A stretch of 25,049 nt of DNA from Candidatus Methanomethylicia archaeon (lineage in GTDB: Archaea > Thermoproteota > Methanomethylicia > Nezhaarchaeales > B40-G2): positions 1-25,049 of the forward strand of contig JAPDJI010000046.1 in the NCBI GenBank assembly GCA_029259155.1. The letters are read 5' to 3'. Of the stretch, positions 17,526 to 25,049 are shown piece by piece. The notes under the pieces are model-generated. The model searched no databases, was not told where the DNA came from, and saw only the letters and a list, made by a program, of their open reading frames with translations. The translations under genes and the position numbers were made by a program. The first letter of the stretch is position 1, and every line of letters starts with the position of its first letter.

Positions 17526-18173
17526 ATGCGACTAATAATCTTCGGCCCACCAGGAGCAGGCAAAGGTACACAGGCTCAGCTCCTCGCAAATAAGTTCGGG
17601 ATACCTCAGATAGCCACTGGAGATATCTTGAGGGAAGCAGTTAAGGAAGGGACGGATTTAGGAAAGATGGCTAAGACCTACATGGATCGAGGACAGCTCG
17701 TACCCGACGAAGTAGTTATAGGTATCGTGGAGGAGCGGCTACGACGGCCTGACTGTGCTAAAGGCTTCATACTTGATGGTTTTCCACGAACCGTCAAACA
17801 GGCCGAAGCCTTAGAAAACATGCTTAAGAAACTTGGGGTCAAGCTAGATGCCGTAGTTAACCTAGAGGTTGATGAAGAGGAGGTTGTTAAACGTATCACG
17901 CTTAGAAGAACTTGTCGAAACTGCGGTGCCGTGTATCATTTAGTCTTCAACCCCCCAAAGAAGGAAGACGTATGCGACCGCTGTGGAGGACCGTTATACC
18001 AGAGAGAGGACGACCGCGAGGAGACCGTGAGAAACAGGTTAAAAGTCTACAGAGAACAGACAGAGCCTGTCTTAAAGTTCTATGAGGCACGTGGGCTTCT
18101 ACGCAACATTAACGGGAACCTATCCATAGACCAAGTATTCCAAGAGGTGCTTAAGGCGTTAGGTGTACAGTGA
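17526..18173 (+). CDS. adk: Adenylate kinase, bacterial-type with Zn-binding LID
   Basis: GPPGAGKGTQA, TGDILR, GFILDGFPRT, CRNC...CDRC LID, QREDD. Confidence 0.95.
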   Translation: MRLIIFGPPGAGKGTQAQLLANKFGIPQIATGDILREAVKEGTDLGKMAKTYMDRGQLVPDEVVIGIVEERLRRPDCAKGFILDGFPRTVKQAEALENMLKKLGVKLDAVVNLEVDEEEVVKRITLRRTCRNCGAVYHLVFNPPKKEDVCDRCGGPLYQREDDREETVRNRLKVYREQTEPVLKFYEARGLLRNINGNLSIDQVFQEVLKALGVQ

Positions 18174-18179
18174 AAGAGG

Positions 18180-18632
18180 TTGACGGTGCTTTCTGACGTT
18201 GAAATCAAGAGGAGGGTTGAGGAGCGTAGCTTAGTTATAGAACCCTTTGAACCCTGGTGTCTTAACCCAGCGGGCTATGATGCCCGGTCTATCATCGACT
18301 TAGAGGTCAAGCCCCTAAGCTATGAGCTGATAGCAACCTTAGAACGATTCGAGCTGCCCTTGGATATAGTAGGTTTTATTTACTTGAGGTCTTCGCTAGC
18401 TCGTGAGGGACTTATAGGTAGCTTCGCAGTCATTGACCCTGGGTTCAAGGGAAACCTCACATTAGCTGTCTTTAACGCAAGCAAATCCACCATACAGGTG
18501 AAGCAGGGGGAAAGGATAGTGCAGGTGGTGTTTCATGAACTTACGGGGAGAGCAAGCAAGGGGTATGCAGGTAAATACCAAGACAGCGTAGGAATAGTGC
18601 CTAGTAAGAGAGTAAAAAGCGAGGGAGCTTAA
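18180..18632 (+). CDS. Trimeric dUTPase of the archaeal dCTP-deaminase-like type
   Basis: LNPAGYD, LRSSLAREG, IDPGFKGNLTL, GERIVQ, YAGKYQ; short (150 aa), and LTLA lacks the Glu of the deaminase LTLE motif. Confidence 0.8.
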   Translation: MTVLSDVEIKRRVEERSLVIEPFEPWCLNPAGYDARSIIDLEVKPLSYELIATLERFELPLDIVGFIYLRSSLAREGLIGSFAVIDPGFKGNLTLAVFNASKSTIQVKQGERIVQVVFHELTGRASKGYAGKYQDSVGIVPSKRVKSEGA

Positions 18633-18919
18633 CGCTTCACACCTATAACTGCTTGAGTACGGTCTACATACCACCGAGTAATATCTCTAAATGCTTCCCA
18701 GAACTCCTGGAAAGCGTCCATTGAACGAGCCTCCACGAGTAGGAAACCATTCCAGTCGGTGCCATGAGCGTGATCATACTCAGCTATGATCTTTACTCCT
18801 TTAGGTAGCCCCTTCTTGAAATCCTCCCACTCATTCTTTGCTTTATTTACCTCAGCATCAGTCATTGTCCTGTACTTGAAGAAAATCACAGCCCCCCAAA
18901 CCATGTACTTCACCTTCAA
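18629..18919 (-). CDS. Small ferredoxin-like alpha/beta protein (GYD/DUF3303-like); start probably ATG 18904
   Basis: GVKIIAEY...GFLLVEARSMDAF pattern; GGTGA SD upstream of ATG 18904. Confidence 0.55.
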   Translation of the reverse strand: MKVKYMVWGAVIFFKYRTMTDAEVNKAKNEWEDFKKGLPKGVKIIAEYDHAHGTDWNGFLLVEARSMDAFQEFWEAFRDITRWYVDRTQAVIGVKR

Positions 18920-18977
18920 TAACTTATCGACAAATTAAGTATATATATTTTACGTATCTTACGAAGCTTACCTTAAA

Positions 18978-19748
18978 CTAGTGTTGACAGCGTTCACATA
19001 CAAAGGTCTTCCTCTTAATAGGTTCCTGGAGATAGAACTTAACCGGGCCGCCGCAATTAATACATGCTTGGCGGAAACGGTTATAGATCATTAGTATGGG
19101 GCCTATACGCTCCCCTTTAATCTTACGTTTTAAGAACATATCAGTGAGCCGTTTAGCTTCCTCAACTATACGGTTAACCTCCTCCATGTTTAAGTCGTCC
19201 ACGTGCCTTTCAGGATGAATGCCCGCTCTGAACAATATCTCGTTTCGCAGGATGTTTCCTATACCAGCTATAACTCGCTGGTCAAGTAAAGCAATACCTA
19301 CCTTAGTCCCTGACGCTTTAAGCCTCCTAGCAGCCTCCTCTGGATTCCATTCAGACCTCAAAGGGTCTGGACCAAGCTCTACTCTAAGCCTCGACATCAG
19401 CCTTTCATAGCTATCTAGCTCCACTATAGGAGCATTGTAGGCCACCAGCCTAAGCCTATCTCCTTCAAGCCATAACCTAACCATCCTTTCAGGCTTTAAG
19501 AGAGGCTCATCAAGGCGATATAGGTGGATGGTGCCATACATCATCAGGTGAAGCCTAATCGCTAACTCCTCCAACTTTAAGATAATGTTTTTACCGAAAG
19601 ATTCGGCGCGGTCAACACGTTTACCTATAACCGCTTTAGGTGAAACAAACAGCCTCCTTGATCTAGCCCAGAAAAGCCTAACCACCTCACCTTTAAGCTT
19701 AGCATCTATCCTCATAGCATATGCTCTAGCGCTAGGTCCCTCAACCAC
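18978..19748 (-). CDS. Fpg/Nei family DNA glycosylase/AP lyase (Nei-like)
   Basis: N-terminal MVEGP, GKNI, HLMMYG, LGPDPL, H2TH LLDQRVIAGIGNILRNEILFRAGIHP, Zn finger CINC...CERCQ. Confidence 0.9.
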   Translation of the reverse strand: MVEGPSARAYAMRIDAKLKGEVVRLFWARSRRLFVSPKAVIGKRVDRAESFGKNIILKLEELAIRLHLMMYGTIHLYRLDEPLLKPERMVRLWLEGDRLRLVAYNAPIVELDSYERLMSRLRVELGPDPLRSEWNPEEAARRLKASGTKVGIALLDQRVIAGIGNILRNEILFRAGIHPERHVDDLNMEEVNRIVEEAKRLTDMFLKRKIKGERIGPILMIYNRFRQACINCGGPVKFYLQEPIKRKTFVCERCQH

Positions 19749-19789
19749 GATACCCTGATAAGGAGACCTTCTTTTAATACGTAATCCTC

Positions 19790-19940
19790 AACCAGGTTTT
19801 TGCTCCTAAGCCACTTAACAAAACCCTCCTTCAACTCCTCGTAGCTAACCCTGTTTGTACAAACCATCACTTGATTACAAAACGCCTCGTTAAATTCACA
19901 TGCGGGGGGTGGGATTTGAACCCACGAACCCCTACGGGAC
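19790..19940 (-). pseudogene. Possible remnant of a tRNA-overlapping (split) integrase fragment
   Basis: Frame runs through the tRNA-Leu T-arm (GSWVQIPPPA) into SYEELKEGFVKWLRSKNLVEDYV, resembling the first helices of an integrase core-binding domain, then breaks off. Confidence 0.4.
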
Positions 19941-19985
19941 AAGGTCCTAAGCCTTGCGCCTTTGACCTGGCTTGGCTACCCCCGC
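19901..19985 (-). tRNA. tRNA-Leu(TAG), no intron
   Basis: GCGGGGG-TA-GCC..GGC-G-CAAGG-CTTAGGA-CCTTG-long variable arm-GTGGG-TTCAAAT-CCCAC-CCCCCGC-A. Confidence 0.97.
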
Positions 19986-20130
19986 ACGTGATGATGGCTT
20001 ACCACTAGCTCTAATAGTAGAAGGGCTTAAACCTTACTTTTCAAGCGAACGTAAATAGTAAGTTCGTTTCGTAAAGAAACAACTCAACGCCTTGCTGTCT
20101 TGTTAAGAGAAAAGGTTAGTATTGATTAAA

Positions 20131-20505
20131 GGGGCGGTGGTGCCCCAGGAAGGTGGGTCGCCTCCCGCTAAGCTGTTTTAGTCAAGCGTTCTCAGCTCCG
20201 TAAACCCGTGAACGCTGACACCCAGCCTTAAGGCCGCTCCTTCGAGGACGCTGTTCAGCGCCTCTCCCGGGCCTAACCTGGTTCGACTGGTTCGGAGGCT
20301 TGGACCCCTCCTTCGAGGGGCTTGGCCTCCTATGCCAGCCCCACGGGGCGAAGCTTCATAGACGCTTCGACCGCACAGCTTAGCGTTCAGCTGACCGCCC
20401 TTCCCGGTTACTGGCCCCGCCATGACGACCGTTTGCGGCTCAAGGAGGCTTAAGCCTTCCTTGAGAGGGCAGGCCGAACTCCCCAGCCCTTACCACCACC
20501 GCCCC
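20131..20505 (-). ncRNA. ffs: Archaeal SRP (7S) RNA with a putative 23-nt BHB intron in helix 8 (20241-20263) and an extra Alu-domain hairpin (20439-20465)
   Basis: Helix 1 GGGGCGGTGGTG/CACCACCGCCCC; complementary helix 3 and 4 loops CGGCC/GGTCG; long helix 5 (e.g. CGCTAAGCTGT/ACAGCTTAGCG); helix 6 GCCCCTC-GAAG-GAGGGGT; helix 8 GGTT-AGG-CCC-GGGA-G[insert]GG-AGC-GGCC. Confidence 0.9.
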
Positions 20506-20720
20506 CGTTATTAAGGAGGTTGAGGGAAAGAAAAGCTTTTCTATGATGGAGCGCTGAGGGTTCAAGGCGAGCCACTCTTCCTACTTCTATGAAAGCCTCC
20601 TGATCTTAAGGGAGAGTTGCCGTTTTATGGTTAATGAAGTTTTCGTTGAGGTTTAAGATCCCCGAAAAGGGGGCGTGGAAGCCTATAAAGCTGTGAGGAA
20701 AACTCTCCTTCTAGGTTGCG

Positions 20721-21854
20721 TTGAGTTTAGAGGAGTTCCTGCTCGCTTTAATGGTGTTCTGGCTGGCATTATCCTTAGCGTTTAGTGTGGTTAAGGTTAG
20801 AGGGGTTGATTTTAAGCCGTTCCTGCTGGTGGTTAAGGTCAAGCCTAGGAAGCTGTCAAGGCTATTGACTTGGCTCTCGTCTAAGTGGGCTAAGGTTTGG
20901 ATTGCGCTGTTTGACGTAGGTGTGGCGATGGGGTTCGGTATGATGGGGTTTGCACTCTACTTCTTGGCTTCTAATCTCGTGAAACATTTCTTAGCCCCTC
21001 GCCAATTCGTGGCGGTGATGCCTCCTATACCAGGCGTGCTCTTCCCTCTTGAAGTACTCCCTCACTTTGTGGTGGCGTTGTCGCTAGCAGTACTTATCCA
21101 TGAAGCAGCGCACGCAATTGCTTCGAAGGTGCTTGGAGTCAGGGTTAGGAACGTGGGGGCAGCGCTTTTTGTGGTGTTGGTGGCGGCCTTCGTGGAGCTG
21201 GAGGAGGATGACGTTAAGAAAGCTGGGGTGAGAGATAAGCTTAGGATCTTTGCAGCGGGCTCTTTCTTTAACATGCTTTTCTTCTTGGCGCTAGTTTTGG
21301 CCCTCATAGGGCTCTTTCAGCCCGGAGGGGTAGTTATTCAAAGAGTAGAGCCAGGTACGCCAGCGGATGAAGCTGGCTTAATGAGGTATGGAGTCATAAA
21401 AACGTTGAACGATACTACGGTGCTCAGTGTAGGCGACCTCCATGACTTCATGGGGAGGACAAGGCCTAGTCAAACCATAATAGTGGGCTTAATCACCCCG
21501 AGCGGAGAGCAGGTGGAAATGGTTGTTAGGGCAACCAGCCATCCTTTCAATGCTAGTAAAGGGTTTATGGGAATTTTACCAGCGGACTACTACGAGCTTA
21601 GGCTTGGAGAGTTACCTCCGTGCGTTCTCATCCATGTCCACGTCTTACTGTTCTGGTCTCAGGTAATCCTGTTTAGCTTAGCGGTGTTTAACATGTTGCC
21701 GATAGCCATAGCTGATGGCAGCCGCATGTTTAACACCTTAGCAGAAAAGCTGCTCAAGGGAGATACGGTTAAGGTAAGGAAGCTGTCCTTAGTTCTCAAC
21801 GCGATCTCCATAACCCTCATAGCTGCTAATGTGGTGGTCACACTAGCCATGTAG
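20721..21854 (+). CDS. Site-2 protease (M50) with PDZ domain
   Basis: HEAAH, AAFVE, FAAGSFFN, PDZ VEPGTPADEAGL, FNMLPIAIADG. Confidence 0.92.
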   Translation: MSLEEFLLALMVFWLALSLAFSVVKVRGVDFKPFLLVVKVKPRKLSRLLTWLSSKWAKVWIALFDVGVAMGFGMMGFALYFLASNLVKHFLAPRQFVAVMPPIPGVLFPLEVLPHFVVALSLAVLIHEAAHAIASKVLGVRVRNVGAALFVVLVAAFVELEEDDVKKAGVRDKLRIFAAGSFFNMLFFLALVLALIGLFQPGGVVIQRVEPGTPADEAGLMRYGVIKTLNDTTVLSVGDLHDFMGRTRPSQTIIVGLITPSGEQVEMVVRATSHPFNASKGFMGILPADYYELRLGELPPCVLIHVHVLLFWSQVILFSLAVFNMLPIAIADGSRMFNTLAEKLLKGDTVKVRKLSLVLNAISITLIAANVVVTLAM

Positions 21855-21912
21855 CTCTACGCTTAAAACCAGGCAGAAAAAAATGATTGCAGGGCTCTGA
21901 AAGGTGTGAAAA

Positions 21913-22842
21913 GTGCTGTGTTCCTTCTGTTCTAATCAGGCAGTGTACAGATCTCCTTATTCAGGCCAAGCCTTCTGTGCTAGGTGTTTTAAGAGGAACC
22001 TTGAGGAGAGAGTTAGAACCGTCATAAATAGACATAAGCTCTTTGAGCCCCATGACCATATCTTAGTAGCGGTGTCGGGAGGCAAAGATAGCCTCGTACT
22101 GTTAAACGTGCTACATAAGATAGAGTCTAGGTATACAGGGGTTAAGTTGACGGCGCTCACCGTAGATGAAGGGGTAAAAGGGTATAGAGTCAGCGGAGTG
22201 GAGATAGCTAAGGAAGCCTCTGAGAAGCTTGGAGTAGAACACCACATAGTTTCCTTCAAGGAAATATATGGCTACACCCTCGACGAGATATACGCTAAGG
22301 CTCTAGAGAAAGGGTCTCAGCTCCACGCTTGTACTTTCTGTGGAGTGCTTAGGAGGAAAGCCCTTAACCTTAAAGCAAAGGAGCTAGGAGCTACGAAGCT
22401 TGCGACGGGCCATAACCTTGACGATGAAGCCCAAACCGGGCTCATCAATCTGCTCAGGGGAAGCGTCGTTAGGCTAGCTAGGCTTGGAGTAAAACCGCCA
22501 AGGCTCTGGGAAGGCTTCGTGCCAAGAGTGAAACCTTTACGCTACATCCCTGAAAGGGAGGTAGCGTTATATGCTTACCTAAGCGGCTTCAAGCTATACG
22601 AGGAAGAATGCCGCTACGTGAGGTTGTCGATGAGAGACGAGGTTAGATGGATGTTAAATAGGCTAGAGGCTAAGCATCCCGGAATGAAGTACGCTGTGGT
22701 TGGAGCCATAGACAGGTTAGCTCCTTTAATCGATAAGGAGGTTGAAGTAGAGGTTAAGCCTTGCCGCCACTGCGGTGAACCCACTGCCAGAGATATCTGT
22801 AGGCCTTGTGAAGTTTTAGAAGAGGTCGGCGTGTTATCTTAA
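21913..22842 (+). CDS. tRNA 2-thiolation enzyme, Ncs6/TtuA/NcsA family (TIGR00269-like)
   Basis: N- and C-terminal Zn fingers, PP-loop SGGKDS, CTFCGVLRR, ATGHNLDDEAQT, PRVKPL. Confidence 0.9.
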   Translation: MLCSFCSNQAVYRSPYSGQAFCARCFKRNLEERVRTVINRHKLFEPHDHILVAVSGGKDSLVLLNVLHKIESRYTGVKLTALTVDEGVKGYRVSGVEIAKEASEKLGVEHHIVSFKEIYGYTLDEIYAKALEKGSQLHACTFCGVLRRKALNLKAKELGATKLATGHNLDDEAQTGLINLLRGSVVRLARLGVKPPRLWEGFVPRVKPLRYIPEREVALYAYLSGFKLYEEECRYVRLSMRDEVRWMLNRLEAKHPGMKYAVVGAIDRLAPLIDKEVEVEVKPCRHCGEPTARDICRPCEVLEEVGVLS

Positions 22843-22894
22843 AACAAGGTGGAGAGCTACGCCAGCCGTCAAGCCGATTCTACGAGGAGATGCT

Positions 22895-23581
22895 GTGGAG
22901 GTTACCTATAGCGAGCAGCGCTGGTCACTGTTGAAGGAAAAGAGGAATAGGGCCTTAGAGGTAATGGAAGCTTTAAGGAGAGGAGGAATGGAGGCCATAG
23001 TACATGGAAGCTTAGCTAGAGGAGATGTGACTTCTAAAAGCGATATTGATGTAGTGATCCCGCTACCTATACCTTCCTTTAAGGTGGAGATGGCCTTAGA
23101 GGTGGCAGGCTTCCAAGCGATGTATAGGGAGATGGTTATGGCTACACCCTCCCACGTAGTGAAAGCTCACCTTCACCTTGACGAGGAAACTACCGTGACC
23201 TTCCCCCTCGTTGAGATGACGAAGCTAGAAAGAGAATTCTATAAGTTTGGTGGAGAGCTTGGCCTAGATGACATCAAGAAAGGTGTCAGGGTAGCTGGCG
23301 TAGATAAGAGGCTCATGTTCATCCAACCTACACCTAAAGGACACATAGAGGAGCCTGTGAAGGGTAGAGAGGTAGAGGTGGCTGAGAGGTTAGGGGTAAG
23401 CGTTGACATAGTTTTAGAGCGTGTTTACGTGTTGACGAGGAGAGATGAAATAGGAAGGACCGGTGTGTACTTGAAAAGAGCATTAGCTCCAGGAGAGAGC
23501 TTCGAGGAAGTCTTAAGGAAACTCAAGGATGAGGACCCAGCCACAAGGAGACTGCTTTCAACTAGGAAAAGCCTCATTTAG
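22895..23581 (+). CDS. Archaeal Pol-beta-type nucleotidyltransferase (COG2413-like)
   Basis: HGSLARGDV..SDIDV, EREFYKFGG, RVAGVDKRL, RRDEIGRTGV. Confidence 0.85.
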   Translation: MEVTYSEQRWSLLKEKRNRALEVMEALRRGGMEAIVHGSLARGDVTSKSDIDVVIPLPIPSFKVEMALEVAGFQAMYREMVMATPSHVVKAHLHLDEETTVTFPLVEMTKLEREFYKFGGELGLDDIKKGVRVAGVDKRLMFIQPTPKGHIEEPVKGREVEVAERLGVSVDIVLERVYVLTRRDEIGRTGVYLKRALAPGESFEEVLRKLKDEDPATRRLLSTRKSLI

Positions 23582-24657
23582 ATGGGCAGGTAGGAAGAAA
23601 GCCTCCTATCGTAAGTGGGATACTCTTCAACTATGAAAGCATCCACCCCTTTAAGTCGACCCAGCTTCTTAGCTATCTTTAATACCTCTACGGGAAGTTC
23701 AAGGACGCCTCTTGAGGGGTCGAGGGATATCATGTTCGTAGCTAAGCCTAGACTTTCCGTTAAGCTATGCTTTAGACCTTGAAGAAACTTGAAGTCTCCC
23801 ACCACCACTCCTTTCCTCAACAATCCATCATCGGTAACCTCTTCGTAAGGCTTAGCGACCCGTATGGCTTTACGTTTAAGCCTATTTCGATACTGGTAAG
23901 CATCCTTTATGAAAGCTGGACAGTAGTGAGCACTTAGTGAAAGCTCCTCCTCTATCCATTCCATCAACCTTAAAGCTAAGTCCTCACTCCCCTCAACGCC
24001 AGACATGGAGCTTGGCTTTATCTTAAAGCCTCTAGCTCTGAGCTGGAAAGCATTTTCCTCGTTCATCTCAAGCTCGTTTATGTTTATGAAGGTAGCCCCA
24101 AGCTCCTCAGCAACCATTGCGAGCTCCCTTAACCTCTCTTCCATCCCAGGCACAGCTGGCACCTCTAGGCCCACGGTTAAGCCTTCATCGCTAGCTACCC
24201 TAATGCAGCTCAGCCAAGGATCCTCGGCGTCGAGAAGTGGATGAAACCTCATCTCATCCAGCCCTAGTTTAACGAGCTCCTTTATCACTTTCCTATCCAC
24301 GTGAGGGCCAGTGGTCGTGTAAAGATGTATATGGAAGGCTTCTCCAAATTTTTCTTTCAGCATCTTCACATAGTGGAGGGTGCGTTGAGGTTTAAGGAGA
24401 GGGTCTCCACCGGTCAGACCTGCCCCTTTAGCGTCCATGAGCTCAGCCTCCTCCAATAAGTCACCGTCCCTCTCGACAGGCCTCTCATTGGCATAAACCA
24501 CATCCCTCCCCCTCCTCTGCCTCGAAAGCGGACAGTAGAAGCAGCCTCTCCTACATAGCCCAGTGACGAAGAGGACGAGCTTCTCCCCCTTCATACACAT
24601 AGAGCAGCCTTCAGGAAGAGAGTTTACCACCAGCGACCCTGCCCACGTCTTCTTCAT
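23578..24657 (-). CDS. Radical SAM protein (COG2108-like)
   Basis: GC..C..GEKLVLFVTGLCRRGCFYCP, TGGDP, HIHLYT, LDEMRFHP. Confidence 0.9.
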   Translation of the reverse strand: MKKTWAGSLVVNSLPEGCSMCMKGEKLVLFVTGLCRRGCFYCPLSRQRRGRDVVYANERPVERDGDLLEEAELMDAKGAGLTGGDPLLKPQRTLHYVKMLKEKFGEAFHIHLYTTTGPHVDRKVIKELVKLGLDEMRFHPLLDAEDPWLSCIRVASDEGLTVGLEVPAVPGMEERLRELAMVAEELGATFININELEMNEENAFQLRARGFKIKPSSMSGVEGSEDLALRLMEWIEEELSLSAHYCPAFIKDAYQYRNRLKRKAIRVAKPYEEVTDDGLLRKGVVVGDFKFLQGLKHSLTESLGLATNMISLDPSRGVLELPVEVLKIAKKLGRLKGVDAFIVEEYPTYDRRLSSYLPI

Positions 24658-24718
24658 TAAACCTCATCCTTCAAGGCTGAGAGCAGCTTAAAAACTAGGC
24701 GCTCAATCCTCGGTCAGA

Positions 24719-25049
24719 ATGCCACCTATCTTAAAGGTGCCTGACGACGTTGAAACGCCTCTATTAGGATGCATCGCCTTCGGAGTGATAGATAGAGGTA
24801 CAAATCTGCTTCAAGTAAGGCCTACCACACTCTGTCCTCTGTCCTGCATCTTCTGTTCAGTAGATTCTGGCCCCAAGACGAGTAGACGTCAAGCTGAGTT
24901 CTTGGTAGACTTGAACTACCTGCTGGAGACCTTCAAAGAAGTGGTTAAGGTGAAAGGCGCTCATAACATAGAGGCTCATATCGATACCGTAGGAGACCCT
25001 CTCACCTACCCTCACATAGTCGATTTAGTTCAAGGCTTAGCTGACACCC
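24719..25049 (+). CDS. Radical SAM protein (COG2100-like); runs off the window
   Basis: Manual translation MPPILKVPDDVETPLLGCIAFGVIDRGTNLLQVRPTTLCPLSCIFCSVD...EAHIDTVGDPLTYP; CxxxCxxC motif. Confidence 0.85.
   Translation, partial: MPPILKVPDDVETPLLGCIAFGVIDRGTNLLQVRPTTLCPLSCIFCSVDSGPKTSRRQAEFLVDLNYLLETFKEVVKVKGAHNIEAHIDTVGDPLTYPHIVDLVQGLADT

Noticed and set aside
19988-20040. Perfect C box GTGATGA as the start of a C/D sRNA
   Set aside because: No properly spaced D', C' or D boxes; the region is the tRNA-Leu leader/promoter on the other strand
20178-20423. 81-aa ORF on the minus strand
   Set aside because: Lies entirely within the SRP RNA gene; GC-rich shadow ORF
20131-20505. RNase P RNA as the identity of the GC-rich structured region
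   Set aside because: No GAGGAAAGUCC or AACAGAA..GCUUA P4 motifs; the SRP helices 1, 3, 4, 5, 6 and 8 account for the fold
20543-20605. ATGATGG...CTGA as a C/D sRNA
   Set aside because: Imperfect C box, no convincing internal C'/D' spacing or terminal stem
899-24244. Many short antisense ORFs inside core genes (e.g. 899-1093, 2898-3080, 4172-4426, 5388-5726, 17678-17899, 21957-22259, 24005-24244)
   Set aside because: Ser/Leu-rich shadows of well-supported genes on the opposite strand
1-25049. CRISPR array, cas genes or intact transposase
   Set aside because: No regularly spaced direct repeats or recognisable Cas/transposase motifs seen by eye

Overview
Archaeal chromosome segment, probably from a TACK-lineage (Thermoproteota-related) organism; the lineage is inferred from gene content and BHB introns. 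Left (1-6162): conserved core block of MTA/SAH-deaminase-like amidohydrolase, aIF2-beta, DUF424, aIF1A, RIO1 (inverted), Dim2/Pno1 KH protein, top6B and top6A. Middle (6265-15620): tRNA-dense accessory zone with tRNA-Ile2(CAT, 12-nt intron), tRNA-Gly(GCC), tRNA-Asn(GTT, 31-nt non-canonical intron) and tRNA-Phe(GAA). This zone also holds a divergent wHTH pair, decayed genes (surface protein, metal ABC transporter, tyrosine integrase, free-standing LAGLIDADG endonuclease) and an intact 564-aa fusion of a nucleoside-deoxyribosyltransferase-like domain to a two-motif LAGLIDADG-like domain. Right (15670-25049): EamA transporter, bacterial-type Adk, dUTPase, an Fpg/Nei glycosylase with a NEIL3-like N-terminal Val, tRNA-Leu(TAG), the SRP RNA gene, site-2 protease, tRNA thiolase, nucleotidyltransferase and two radical SAM proteins. 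Top finding: the SRP RNA gene (20131-20505, minus) has helix 8, the SRP54-binding helix, interrupted by a 23-nt insertion. The insertion folds as a bulge-helix-bulge motif, and its removal restores CCC-GGGA-GGG, so this looks like an intron-containing, spliced SRP RNA. All calls come from reading the sequence by eye; no searches were run.
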